A DNA stretch of 63,803 nt, counting the filler, from Globobulimina sp. (taxonomy: Eukaryota), in the NCBI GenBank assembly GCA_003354225.1. It is 40 parts of 40 records of this genome, joined end to end, with 100 filler letters (N's around TTAATTAATTAA, not from the genome) between each part and the next. Parts side by side here need not be neighbours in the genome. Positions count along the whole stretch, not along the records: positions 25,575 to 27,072 come from PIVH01015734.1; positions 27,173 to 28,670 come from PIVH01015735.1; positions 28,771 to 30,268 come from PIVH01015736.1; positions 30,369 to 31,865 come from PIVH01015737.1; positions 31,966 to 33,462 come from PIVH01015738.1; positions 33,563 to 35,059 come from PIVH01015739.1; positions 35,160 to 36,656 come from PIVH01015740.1; positions 36,757 to 38,253 come from PIVH01015741.1; 32 more parts are not named here. The stretch is one strand, 5' to 3'. Made by a program: the position numbers and the translations under genes. The notes beneath the pieces were generated by a model. The model worked only from the letters and a program-made list of their open reading frames with translations. It was not told the origin of the DNA and made no database searches. Positions within the stretch are counted from its first letter, which is position 1. Every line of letters starts with the position of its first letter. Shown in pieces: positions 25,638 to 36,811 of the stretch.

Positions 25638-26570
25638 ATGAAGGTGAACTTATCACATTTAGCCGCTGTCTCACAGCAACATCATACCACTTATAACAAT
25701 CACAACGCGCACAACACCCACAACAATGTGACATATAACAACCAAATAATTATAAATAACACTGATAAGGACACCAGCAGCAATAAAAAAAAGCGTGGCC
25801 GGAAAAAAGGAACCACCAATCGCAGCAATAAAGTGCCGGATAATATAATCATTGCGTTTTGGAAGCAGAATCCAAGAAAAACATTATTGTCCGTGCAACA
25901 TAAATATAACGCCGGATATAATCGAGTTAAAAGATTGAAAGCAAGCGCTTTGGAATCGGAATTGGAGCCTGATAAAAACGACAATAATGATAGTAATAAT
26001 AAGCAATTGCAAGAAGAGAGCAAGAAATCAGAGTTTGCGCGCGCTGCTTATGAGAGTTTACAAAAGAATCAAAAGCGAAGAGCCGCGTGGATCCAAAAGA
26101 CGTATAAAGCTCTGGAATATTTGAAAAAGGATATTTGTGCTTATTTCTTTTTGAAACCAGTGGATAAGGAATTATGTAGAGCTTATGACTATGATTTGGT
26201 TATTACGCAGCCGATGGACTTTGAAACATTGGAGAATAATTTGAATAATGATAAATATTTGAATTTGGCAGAGTTTATCAATGATTTTGAATTGATATTT
26301 ATCAATGCGAAGATATATAATCCGCCCAATCATTCGGTGCATAGAGCGGCGGAAAATTTGCAAAAATTATTTAAATTGAATTTCCAATCTATTATTGGCG
26401 AACATGCGGATCAACATACATTGGATAGATGGAATTATTTGGATCGACCAGGTGGATTTCAATATGGTCATCAACATTATGTACAACATCAAAGTAAAAA
26501 AATCAACCAGAAACGTAAAGTAAATCAACAAAACAACACAAATTATCAAAAAGAGTTTCATAATGTGTAA
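25638..26570 (+). CDS. Bromodomain protein
   Basis: AYFFLKPVD..DYDLVITQPMD..Y..EFINDFELIFINAKIYNPPNHSVH, with the conserved YN. Confidence 0.92.
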   Translation: MKVNLSHLAAVSQQHHTTYNNHNAHNTHNNVTYNNQIIINNTDKDTSSNKKKRGRKKGTTNRSNKVPDNIIIAFWKQNPRKTLLSVQHKYNAGYNRVKRLKASALESELEPDKNDNNDSNNKQLQEESKKSEFARAAYESLQKNQKRRAAWIQKTYKALEYLKKDICAYFFLKPVDKELCRAYDYDLVITQPMDFETLENNLNNDKYLNLAEFINDFELIFINAKIYNPPNHSVHRAAENLQKLFKLNFQSIIGEHADQHTLDRWNYLDRPGGFQYGHQHYVQHQSKKINQKRKVNQQNNTNYQKEFHNV

Positions 26571-27172
26571 GTAATTTGGCGTTTGCTAATTGTTTTTATC
26601 GTGTACGTCCCTTTGTTCTTTTTCGCAGTTTCTTTGTAGTTTTACTAAAATATAAAAAACTCTTTCTGTCACATCTTTTATCTAAACTACTGTATTATTT
26701 TGCACCTAATTAACAATGCATATAATATTGAATTCATTGAGTTAAAATATGTAATAATGTCTAACATTACAACCATTACTGATTTTGATCACAGTCATTG
26801 GAATTCTTATCAACATATCATTTGGTTCAGATATACACAATTCTGGTATGTCATATATACAAAATTACATCCACTGAAACCAATATTCGTAAATAATATC
26901 CGCGATAAATATTTCATGCATTGGATAAATATTCGTAAATAATATCCGCGGTAAATCTCACAACAAAAAACATTTCAATCAGCTGGTATCCCAACAAGGA
27001 GTCCTATTCTAATTACAGTTATTCCGACAACAGAACGTCCCACACCTCAACCTACACCAAGACCAACACTCANNNNNNNNNNNNNNNNNNNNNNNNNNNN
27101 NNNNNNNNNNNNNNNNTTAATTAATTAANNNNNNNNNNNNNNNNNNNNNNNNNNNNNNNNNNNNNNNNNNNN

Positions 27173-28668
27173 GTCTTCCCATCAATATACACTTCCTTAT
27201 ATGCATAATCGTCATGGTATTCATTATCAGTTATTAGTTCTTTGCAGTCGTTATCCTTCACAATATTTTGATGTTTATTAACAACGACCACATGATTTAT
27301 GTTCCTCGCGACCAAATGTATGTAGCTCGCGACCACATGATTAACAACGACAACATTTTGATGTTTTTCATTGGTGCCTCGCGACCAAATCGTACGTTTT
27401 CTGAGTCTTTGTCGTAAATCGTACGTACATGCTGAATATTTAAATAATAATAAATGATCCTTTTCAAATCTAACAATCCATTGCAATTTGTAAAATTTAG
27501 GGATATACTCGTTTATTAAATCGATGGTGCTGTAATTATTGTATTCTTTGATTTTCCTAATTTCTATAACAGATATCCTCGACATTTCATTTCTTTTAAT
27601 ATGATTATAAATGTTTTTAAATATGAATGTTGATAATCTTATATTTTCTAAAACAATTTCTTGTAAATTGGTAAACAACGCAGTTATTTCAGCAATTCTG
27701 ATCCATTCCTGATTTGAATGAAATAACAGTCTCAATAATGAGGAATAGGGAGAATTGCGCAGCAATGAATAATCAATGTGTACAACAAACTGATTGCTGA
27801 AATATGTATTAATCATTTGTATACCATATTTGTCTCTAAGTGATAAACTGTTAAAGAGTAAAGGATATAACTGCTGCTTAATTATTCTGTATATAAAACC
27901 CGGCAATGTACGTACAACTGCCTCATAACAGAGATAACTTTTATTATGAAATATATCATTAATAACATTTAAGACCTCGATAACGCAAAGATAATTCAAA
28001 TTGGATCTACACAGCGTTATGTCGCTAATCTGTAACACTGTGTCCACAAATAAGAGCTCTGATTCGTGAGAAAAAGTTGCTAACCATCCGACCGATAAAT
28101 ATTTCGCGTTCCAATATGGAGATTCACTGAATTGTATCATCATTCCTTGGCCATTATTCACAAAGTTTGCGGCAGATCCTATCTCCGGCGTTGTTGATAG
28201 AGGAATATGGATTGGTATTGGCCCAATATACCGATCAAGCGACATTTCTTCACTGACACCATGATAAAATAATGTTATATTGCTATCTCTTATGCTTGTT
28301 CCAAATTTATGAACGGATATTTTTAAATATTTGCCAACATGATAAAAATAACGATGTTTTGCGCCATTGTCTTCTCGGTATGTTTTCCTAAATTTGTACT
28401 GAAATTGTTCAAAGTTACAATACATCATTATTGATAATATGTGATTGATTGATATTTCCCATTTGAGACCACATGCATCAAATGTTGGACTTATGCTTTT
28501 GCAATGATTAGAAGATAAATGTTTCGTTGCTATTGAATATTGCTGGGAATATTGTGGCATACAAACGTTTGCTATGGTATTGTGTACCAATTCTTCCTTC
28601 AACGAACTGTACCGTGGTGACACTAGAATCTTATTGTCAATATTGTACGGCTGTGCTCGTTCACCAAT
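27173..28668 (-). CDS. ADP-ribosyltransferase-fold protein (H-S-E variant), paralog of 19184-20680, partial
   Basis: LKEELVHN, HILSIMMYCNF..FRKTYR, FYHGVS, PLSTT...AANF, ATFSHESELLF. Confidence 0.7.
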
Positions 28669-28789
28669 GTNNNNNNNNNNNNNNNNNNNNNNNNNNNNNN
28701 NNNNNNNNNNNNNNTTAATTAATTAANNNNNNNNNNNNNNNNNNNNNNNNNNNNNNNNNNNNNNNNNNNNTAATAAGGCCACTCTTATT

Positions 28790-28794
28790 GGAGG
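28790..28794 (+). promoter_or_regulatory. Shine-Dalgarno site of the bacterial gene
   Basis: GGAGG 8 nt upstream of ATG 28803. Confidence 0.75.
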
Positions 28795-28802
28795 ATATTC
28801 CA

Positions 28803-30268
28803 ATGGCCGACAAACCAACCTATGAAGAATTAGAGCAAGCAGAATCTGAGCGCAAGCAGGCAGTGGAGGCGCTGCGGGATTCGGAAACGTGCAAAAGAAT
28901 TCTCATCGTCGATGATGATCCCCGTTTTTGTGACAGCCTGAAAGCCCTTCTTGAAACCAGGGATTATGAAATTAAGACATGCAGTAATGGCTATGATGCT
29001 TTGAAGTGTCTGACTGAAGAGGTGTTTGTTCTTGTTCTCCTGGATATTGTCATGGAGGAGGTGAACGGTTTCCAGGTAATGGAAAGGATGGCACAGCAAC
29101 ATCTTGATATCATGGTTATCGTCATGACCGGTAATGTTTCAACAAACTCAGCCGTAGAAGCGCTCAGGAAGGGGGCTTAGGATTACTTAAGAAAACCATT
29201 TGAACCCGAGAAACTGTTTACATCGGTGGAAAATGCACTTAGCCATAGTATTCTAAAGAAATACAGCCAGTTGGAGGCAAATAAACTCCGGGAGAGTGAA
29301 GAAAAATTTCGGGGGTTATTCGATGAATCTATTGCGGCGATCTATGTATTTGATGAGAAAAAAAGTTTTATAGACTCTAATCAAGCTGGCCTTGATTTGT
29401 TGGGATATTCGAGGGATGAACTCTTTAGCATGAGTATACCAGCTGTTGATGCGGACCCGGTTGCGGTGTTACCAGCACATGATCAGCTTCTATCAGGAGA
29501 GAGATTAGTTAACTACGAGCATCAACTCAAACGAAAAGATGGTAAAATAATTACGGTACTGAACAACTCCAGACCACTCACCGACACCAAGGGGCATGTC
29601 ACTGGAATGCAAAGTACACTGATCGACATCACTGAACGTATGCTGGCGGGGGAGGCGCTGCGGGAGAGTGAAGAAAAATTTAAAACAACTTTTAATAAAG
29701 CAAACGATGTAATCACAATTTTTGCCCCTGATGGAACTGTCACTGACGTAAATAATCATGTAGAGGAGGTTTTCGGGTATAAACCGCACGAGGTCATTGG
29801 AATAAAATTTGCGGACCTGGGAGTCGTTTGCGATGAGGACATGGAGAAAAGTATCCAGTTCTTCAATGATGCACTTGAAGGGCGTACCAGACAAACAATT
29901 GAATTATCTGCCATCCGTAAAGATGGCGTAAATATTATTTATGAAACAAGCATGGCCAGAATCATGAAAGATGGTATGGTAACCCATTTACTTTCAGTTG
30001 CGCGGGATATTACACGGCGAAAAAAAGCAGAAAAAGAATTGAAAAAGAAAAATGAAGAATTGGAACAAATCAATGCTGCGTTAGAAATATTAGTGCAAAA
30101 AAGTGAAGAACGTAAAAATGAGATTGAGGAAAATATCTCTTTAAATATTCAGGAACTGGTCGAACCTTATATTAATGGGATAAAAAAAAGCAATTTAACC
30201 AGTAAACAATCAACTCTTGTAGATAATCTTGAATCAAGTTTGAATAAAATTACTTCAAATTACAGCAA
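28803..30268 (+). CDS. Bacterial (Desulfobacterales-like) REC-PAS-PAS regulator, probably with C-terminal LuxR; interrupted by in-frame TAG at 29178-29180
   Basis: MADKPTYEELEQ leader, REC domain (ILIVDDD, LLDIVM, MTG, GA*DYLRKPF), two PAS/PAC domains, and pre-LuxR helix IEENISLNIQELVEPY; both track ORFs are in the same frame; no introns. Confidence 0.85.
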
Positions 30269-30370
30269 NNNNNNNNNNNNNNNNNNNNNNNNNNNNNNNN
30301 NNNNNNNNNNNNTTAATTAATTAANNNNNNNNNNNNNNNNNNNNNNNNNNNNNNNNNNNNNNNNNNNNAT

Positions 30371-31865
30371 CACAAGCTTGCAGTTGAAAGCAAGTTGAGT
30401 TACGTCAACAGAATCAAATTGGCGTTATTGGATACAACCAATTTTAACTGCAGACAATTCATAACTAATTTACGACTGAATGACGATATCCATGTTACAA
30501 TTGACAGCAAAATTTGTGTCCGTGCCCGTATGGACGAATGGCGTGGTTTTGTCCCATGCCATACATTAAAATCCAAAGGTATTGTATTGAATGTCAATAA
30601 AAACTGTAAATGCAATCATTCAGACTTCTATCAAGCGCGGAGGACATGGAAGTGTAAATTCACCAATGAAACGTTCAAAATCCCTCAGAAATTGTCATGT
30701 TTCTCCCGCAATGTGATTTATATCATATACTGTAGCCGCTGTTTAATTTTTTATGTTGGTAAATGTGGTGCAGGCGTCAACAATAACCGATGTCTGCGGG
30801 ACCGCAGTAATGAGCATGTTAACAATATTGTGCATATTTATGGTGATCTGTCATCAAAATCGTTCTACGACGATGATGGCCATATGGTTCAGAATAATTC
30901 GATAATTTTGAAGGGAGTTATTCAGACATTAATGAACAGCAATTATACGCGTGACATCCTCCACTTTACAGGCTTGGATGGATCGACATGCCATGAACAT
31001 AACAAAAAGGATCCGTTAAGGTTCTATCGTATCGTTGGATTCCGTCAATATAATAAGATGACTCGGGCTTGGTGCGAAGCGGAGTTATGTGCAAATGAGA
31101 AATTCTATCATGCACAAATGTGCTCCATTATTGGTGTTGGGCTCAATGGAATGGGCGACTTTAAGAAGTTGGACACATTTACATCAGATTTTAAATATAA
31201 AGTGACTCAGAAAATGATGGTTGACGAAACCTCGACGCTTTTTAATTATTACTCAAATTTGAAGAAACTACAATCGTTTTTGCGCCGTCACTCATTTGAT
31301 TTGTCTGATTTATTTGCTTATTCATTAAATGAGATGTCTGACAAATTTTCATCAACGGATAGGAATAATATGGCCAATACCTCCGTTATGAATATCAATG
31401 ATGATTTTGCCATCCAGCTCAATGAGCAGCCCATTTTGGATGACATTAAAGACCCTTTCAACACAGTCAATTCTTCCGCTGACTCATCAAAGAATCCTAT
31501 TCTGCGCATTAACCACAGTGCTCAGTTACCATCACACCATAATTTGAGCAATCTATTTATCAAAAATATGTCACAGTTATTAGATAATGATGCCGATGAA
31601 ATTTATAATGATCTTAATCGCACTCATCAACGTCGTGGAGGGTCAGTCATGAACACCGAATCCCTCATTGGTATGAATTCTGATTTGGCTGTCAAAACTT
31701 CTACCAATTCACGCGCAGCGCTTAACAATGATTCACTTTTGGCACAATCAGTAAGCTCCAGCCATCACCGCGATTATATGGCATATCACAGTGAATTACA
31801 ACAACGCACGGCTGAGATATTTAGAAAGAACAGTCGTCCATGGCTTGACATGCCAACGCCTGTCG
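30371..31865 (+). mobile_element. Penelope-type GIY-YIG endonuclease with long C-terminal extension, partial
   Basis: LSCFSRNVIYIIYCSRCLIFYVGKC..LRDRSNEH...E.FY...GLN. Confidence 0.75.
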
Positions 31866-32087
31866 NNNNNNNNNNNNNNNNNNNNNNNNNNNNNNNNNNN
31901 NNNNNNNNNTTAATTAATTAANNNNNNNNNNNNNNNNNNNNNNNNNNNNNNNNNNNNNNNNNNNNTAGAAATAGAATGTTTAGTATGTGCCTGTCACCAC
32001 TCATTATCTATAATCATTTCAAAACAATATATATAATCAATAATAGCAAAAGATGATCCATGGAATTGTTCATTTGTTTATCTTCCC

Positions 32088-33403
32088 ACAGAACATCCAT
32101 CAATTGAGACAGAGGAAAAAACTGTCGATACATCGTGCAACATTGCTCATTGTCAGTATTTAGATCGTGTATCTTCAGTGTTGCGCAAATATTATGAGGC
32201 AGACTGCAAAGTTAATATGATATTTAATGACAAAAACAATATTAATATTACAGCAGTGTTGAATGACAATCAACATCTTTTATTTTTTTGCATCAACGAG
32301 AATTTGAACAAATTCATAATACGTTGAATCAGAATCAATTCAGTAATAAAGGAGGTTCGTGCGATTTGAATGATTGTCCCATCGTAAAGAGGAGGACTCA
32401 GATTACGAACATGTATGATGATACTCTTTGTTTCAAAGAATCAGTTCAGCAAAAAATGCTCGATACCATTCATTGTTATTATTTCCATTCGTTTGACCAT
32501 GGATATAGAATGCGAGCAAATGAGCGAACCAATGACGAATGCGTAACGTTTTCGGAGATGAAGCGTTGCGGCGATACGCAACGTCAAAACAACACTGCAC
32601 AGACCAGATATAAGCATAACCGATATGGCGCCAACGAACAAAGCACACTCTACCATGAAGGTATTCGATATTTTTATTGGCTTAAATGTGAAGCTAACCA
32701 ATCAGACAAAGATCCTGTTTTACAACAAAATGTCATGGCTGGCGCATTTAGTGTCTATCCCGAATCTAAACACAGAGCAAATAAAGGCTATTCTGTCGGA
32801 GATTGGTACATTAAAAAGAAACATCAGCAGTTAAAAGACGAATTATTGAATAACACCGTATGTGCAATAGACGCAAACTGTTATAGAGGGTTACAACAAG
32901 AGGCGACAGAACATCATCAGACAGATTATGCCAAAGCCATTACAGCTTTCAGCGATAATATTGCCTACGAGATTAAAAAAGGTACACCAATCAGCAAAGA
33001 ACATTTATTGGCCATGATGGTATACTGTGATTGCGATGTATGCATCTTTTACAACAATAAAATCACATCGACAGAAACAGCACGTACAGAAGATGTTGTT
33101 TCTGTTTCTGAGCCTTTTTAAAATATATTTCCACCACAATGTCATACTCAGGTTTTGCAATCCAAATTTTCGGAGACATATCGTCGAAAAGACCATGAAA
33201 GCGACGAGTCGTTGAAACAGAGACATGCACATTTCGCAAATCTCGGAAGATTGTTGCGGGAATTTGTAGAGTGTTTTGGTCAAAGTGGTGTGAGTCAACA
33301 TGATATTGCAAACACTATTTTAGTGAATTTGATATTAAGGGCCAAGAGTATGGACGTGGAAGATCAAGTATTTGTGAGAATGTGTGAAAGAGAGAAAACA
33401 TGA
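32088..33403 (+). CDS. N-terminal part of a third member of the ART-fold family (spliced; frameshift near 32285)
   Basis: GIRYFYW, N.GY...DWYI.KKH..LKDELLNN, HLLAMMVYCDCD, intron 33038-33151, then LQSKFSETYR..RH....RLLREFVECFG, all aligning with 19184-20680; catalytic motifs not seen. Confidence 0.65.
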
Positions 33404-33564
33404 ATGAGAAAGTGGAAAAAATCAGAGTGGGTCAATGGTAGTGTGGTGAAAGACGAATTTCANNNNNNNNNNNNNNNNNNNNNNNNNNNNNNNNNNNNNN
33501 NNNNNNTTAATTAATTAANNNNNNNNNNNNNNNNNNNNNNNNNNNNNNNNNNNNNNNNNNNNAT

Positions 33565-33774
33565 TTAGGTAAATCTGAAGAATATGGAATTAAATGGGGT
33601 GCCGGTGATGTAATTGAAATGAGAGTTGATTTTGAAAAACAAGAAATGAGATATTCAGTAAATGGGAGTGATCAAGGAATTTCTTTTAGGAATCTACGGT
33701 TGGCAAAAACATATTATTTGCTTGTTCGAATGGATACATGTTGGAAAGGAGAGAGCATGTTTTTAAATGCATAA
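33565..33774 (+). CDS. SPRY/B30.2 domain C-terminus
   Basis: YGIKWGAGDVIEMRVDF..MRYSVNGSDQGISF. Confidence 0.75.
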   Translation, partial: LGKSEEYGIKWGAGDVIEMRVDFEKQEMRYSVNGSDQGISFRNLRLAKTYYLLVRMDTCWKGESMFLNA

Positions 33775-34025
33775 ATAAATAAATACTTTTTTGACAAATT
33801 TTTCGACGATTCTGTATTTTTTGCAATTTTACAAATATCGCATAAATTATTCATTTTTTTAGCACTTTTCATGCATTTCACGATTTTTAACATTTTATCA
33901 TTTTTTAACTTTTACATCGTTTCGAAATCCGTAATATAATTATGAATGTATTTATATCGTTTGGATCTATTTTTACCATTACAAAACGCTAAATATAAAT
34001 ATTCCGCTGAAATACCATTTATAAA

Positions 34026-35059
34026 ATGCGTTTCTTCGGAAAATCCAAAAAAACTGAGTCTCTGGATACGGAAACTCCTCGTTTCAAGTTCACAAGATAT
34101 AAAGGGCGCGCATCCAAAGCAAAGTCTCTTCAAATCAATGCTGAATCAATTGTCGATGAGAAAGACAAAATTGTGATTAAATTGGAACACATCAAACAAA
34201 TCTCATTTGGTAAACACACAACTGCCTTGTCTGAAAATACAAAATTATCCAAAAAAGAAAACAAATTATTTGTCAGCCTTATTCCCGATCAAAATGACGA
34301 TAGCATCGATCTGCTAATTTTAAAAGGTGATCGCTCACTGTTTATTGAAGCATTACTCTCCAAACTGAGCAGCATAAATAAAGGAATCAACCAAACAGAT
34401 AATGAGAAACTACTATCATTAAAAGATAATAAAAACCAGATATTATCAGTTGATGTGGTAGATACCGACACGAATATTGATGCTGTGGAATCTGAGAAAA
34501 CTGCAGAAACAAAACCTGTACAAAATGAAGAACAGGAACGAAATCCAACCATTGCAGAAGGTACAAAAACATCATTCAAAGTAAGAAGATACAAAAGTAG
34601 AGGGTCGAAAGCGAAAGTAATCAAATTGTCCGACGATAATGAATGTATTGTGGATGATGCAAATAAAGCAATTATTAAATACAAACATATCGATAAGATT
34701 GCGATGGGAAAAGCAACGGAGATATTAAAAAATAACAAAAAACACTTAACCACATCTCACGCGAATTTTTTTTCATTAATTAATCACAGTAAAAACGACA
34801 CCGTTGATTTGCAAGTATCGAATGAAAAGGAGCGATTTCAAATTATTGCCAAAATATTAAATAATTTACCACCGCAAACTCGTGACATAAAAGGCATTGT
34901 TGCGTCGTATCAGGGCAAAGATGAAATATTTGTAATTAGTATCAATCAGAAAATTGAAACAAAAGAGGAACAATATGATGAAAAGAAGGTAACTGAGCAG
35001 GCGCCGGCATTGCCGATATTTGACGAAAATCAAATGAAATGGAATTTTAAAAGACATAA
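34026..35059 (+). CDS. Protein with tandem PH-like repeats, partial
   Basis: Two repeats FKxxRYK.R.SKAK...I.I..GK.T..L...F.SLI....DL and the start of a third (WNFKRH). Confidence 0.6.
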
Positions 35060-35167
35060 NNNNNNNNNNNNNNNNNNNNNNNNNNNNNNNNNNNNNNNNN
35101 NNNTTAATTAATTAANNNNNNNNNNNNNNNNNNNNNNNNNNNNNNNNNNNNNNNNNNNNAATTAAAT

Positions 35168-35722
35168 GTGTTTTCTGCGGGAAACCAAATGAAATATTCA
35201 AAAACAAAAGCAATGAGAGGAAATAAAAAAATTAAAACTAAAAATAAAAAAAATAAAAATAAACCAAAAAAATGGCAATGGAAAATGGAGAGTTCGGATT
35301 GGAATATTGATGACGTGAATGAAATATGGACAGCAGAATGTAAAGAAATAATATTAACAATTTGGAAATTATTTGTATTGGTTTTGCAATCGGTGGGAGT
35401 GAAAATACCAAATTGGAATTCGTTAGATCTTCTTAGAAACGGATCTGGATTTTATCCTATTCATATCGATCATAATATGAACAGAATTAAAAAAAATAAT
35501 AAAAAAGATCGGTATCAAAGTTTTTTTGTGATGTTTCAGAATTTTATGGGACCAATTAAACGACTTGTAACGTCAATGAAATTTACAAGCAGCAACGCGA
35601 AAAGTGATTTTGTTCTTAAAAAATATAGTATGACTGTTGGTTTCAATGTGGCTGCAATGTGTATGCCACATGGTGTTAAAGCACAAGACACATATGGTTG
35701 TTGGGTTTATCGAGCAGTATAA
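35168..35722 (+). CDS. Possible 2OG-Fe(II) dioxygenase (AlkB/TET-like fold), 5' partial
   Basis: PIHID (HxD), PHGV and terminal WVYR in the expected order. Confidence 0.4.
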   Translation: MFSAGNQMKYSKTKAMRGNKKIKTKNKKNKNKPKKWQWKMESSDWNIDDVNEIWTAECKEIILTIWKLFVLVLQSVGVKIPNWNSLDLLRNGSGFYPIHIDHNMNRIKKNNKKDRYQSFFVMFQNFMGPIKRLVTSMKFTSSNAKSDFVLKKYSMTVGFNVAAMCMPHGVKAQDTYGCWVYRAV

Positions 35723-35942
35723 TTTTTTGGTTTTTTTTTTGCAAATTTTTGTGACTACAAAAGATTTATTAGCGATTTAAAGCGATTTATTGGCGATTTA
35801 TTAGCGATTTAAAATGATTATTAAATCTGATTTAAAGCGATTAAAAAACTTCTTTTTAATCCTTGCACAACTGAAAATCACTGAAAAAAACTCTAAGAAA
35901 ATCACTGAAGTCGCCTGTGTTTCTGTCTTTACATCGCTGACC

Positions 35943-36656
35943 ATGAGTAAACGACCACACAAAAGGAGGTCCAATCGTAAAAATAAAAATAACGACGATG
36001 ACAAAGAAAATAAGCCTCCAAGTGAACCATTTCCCGATGATCAAGAAGATCAAGATGATGCTGACGAAGATCCAGAACCTGCAGAATGTAAACAACTTGA
36101 ATTAGCGGATGATATGGATTTGGATGACTCGTTTGGTGGAGTTACAGAGGAAGAAACTGGCACATCGCAAACCTCTGCATCTGCGCCGCCTATAAAAAGA
36201 AATTCAAAAAATACCAACCAAAAAAAGAAAAAAGGGCGTAAAAGTAGAAAAGAAAAGTTTGAAGAAGAAAAACAAAACCAAAATAAAAACAGAAAAAGAG
36301 GACCAAATTCGTCATCAAAAACCAGAACCAAAGAACGATCAAAATCTCCATCAAAATCATCATCCAAAACCAAATCAAAATCCAAATCGAGATCCTCATC
36401 CAAAACCAAATCAAAATCCACATCGATATCACCATCAAAAGGTCCCACTAAGAAAGTTGCAGGAGTCGCAGCAGCGAAAAAATTAAAATTTACAACAAGA
36501 GATTGTGAAAGTGGGTTAGAAACAGGGTTGATGCGGTTGGCAGACGAACGTGATGGCATACCCACAGGTGCATGGATAATGTGGAGGAAAGTATTTGTTC
36601 GAATGGAAAGTATGGAGATTGATGAAAGCACAGGCATGGGAAATGTGTGGTGGATG
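35943..36656 (+). CDS. Low-complexity protein, acidic then Lys/Ser-rich, partial
   Basis: MSKRPHKRR start; SKSKSRSSSKTKSKS repeats. Confidence 0.6.
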
Positions 36657-36811
36657 NNNNNNNNNNNNNNNNNNNNNNNNNNNNNNNNNNNNNNNNNNNN
36701 TTAATTAATTAANNNNNNNNNNNNNNNNNNNNNNNNNNNNNNNNNNNNNNNNNNNNCACAAATGTACGAGTAATAATGGTTTCGCACCATTGTTAAATAG
36801 TTACTAAAAAG

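Noticed and set aside
26884-26955. 22-bp direct repeat ATATTCGTAAATAATATCCGCG x2
   Set aside because: Only two copies; a simple local duplication, not a CRISPR.
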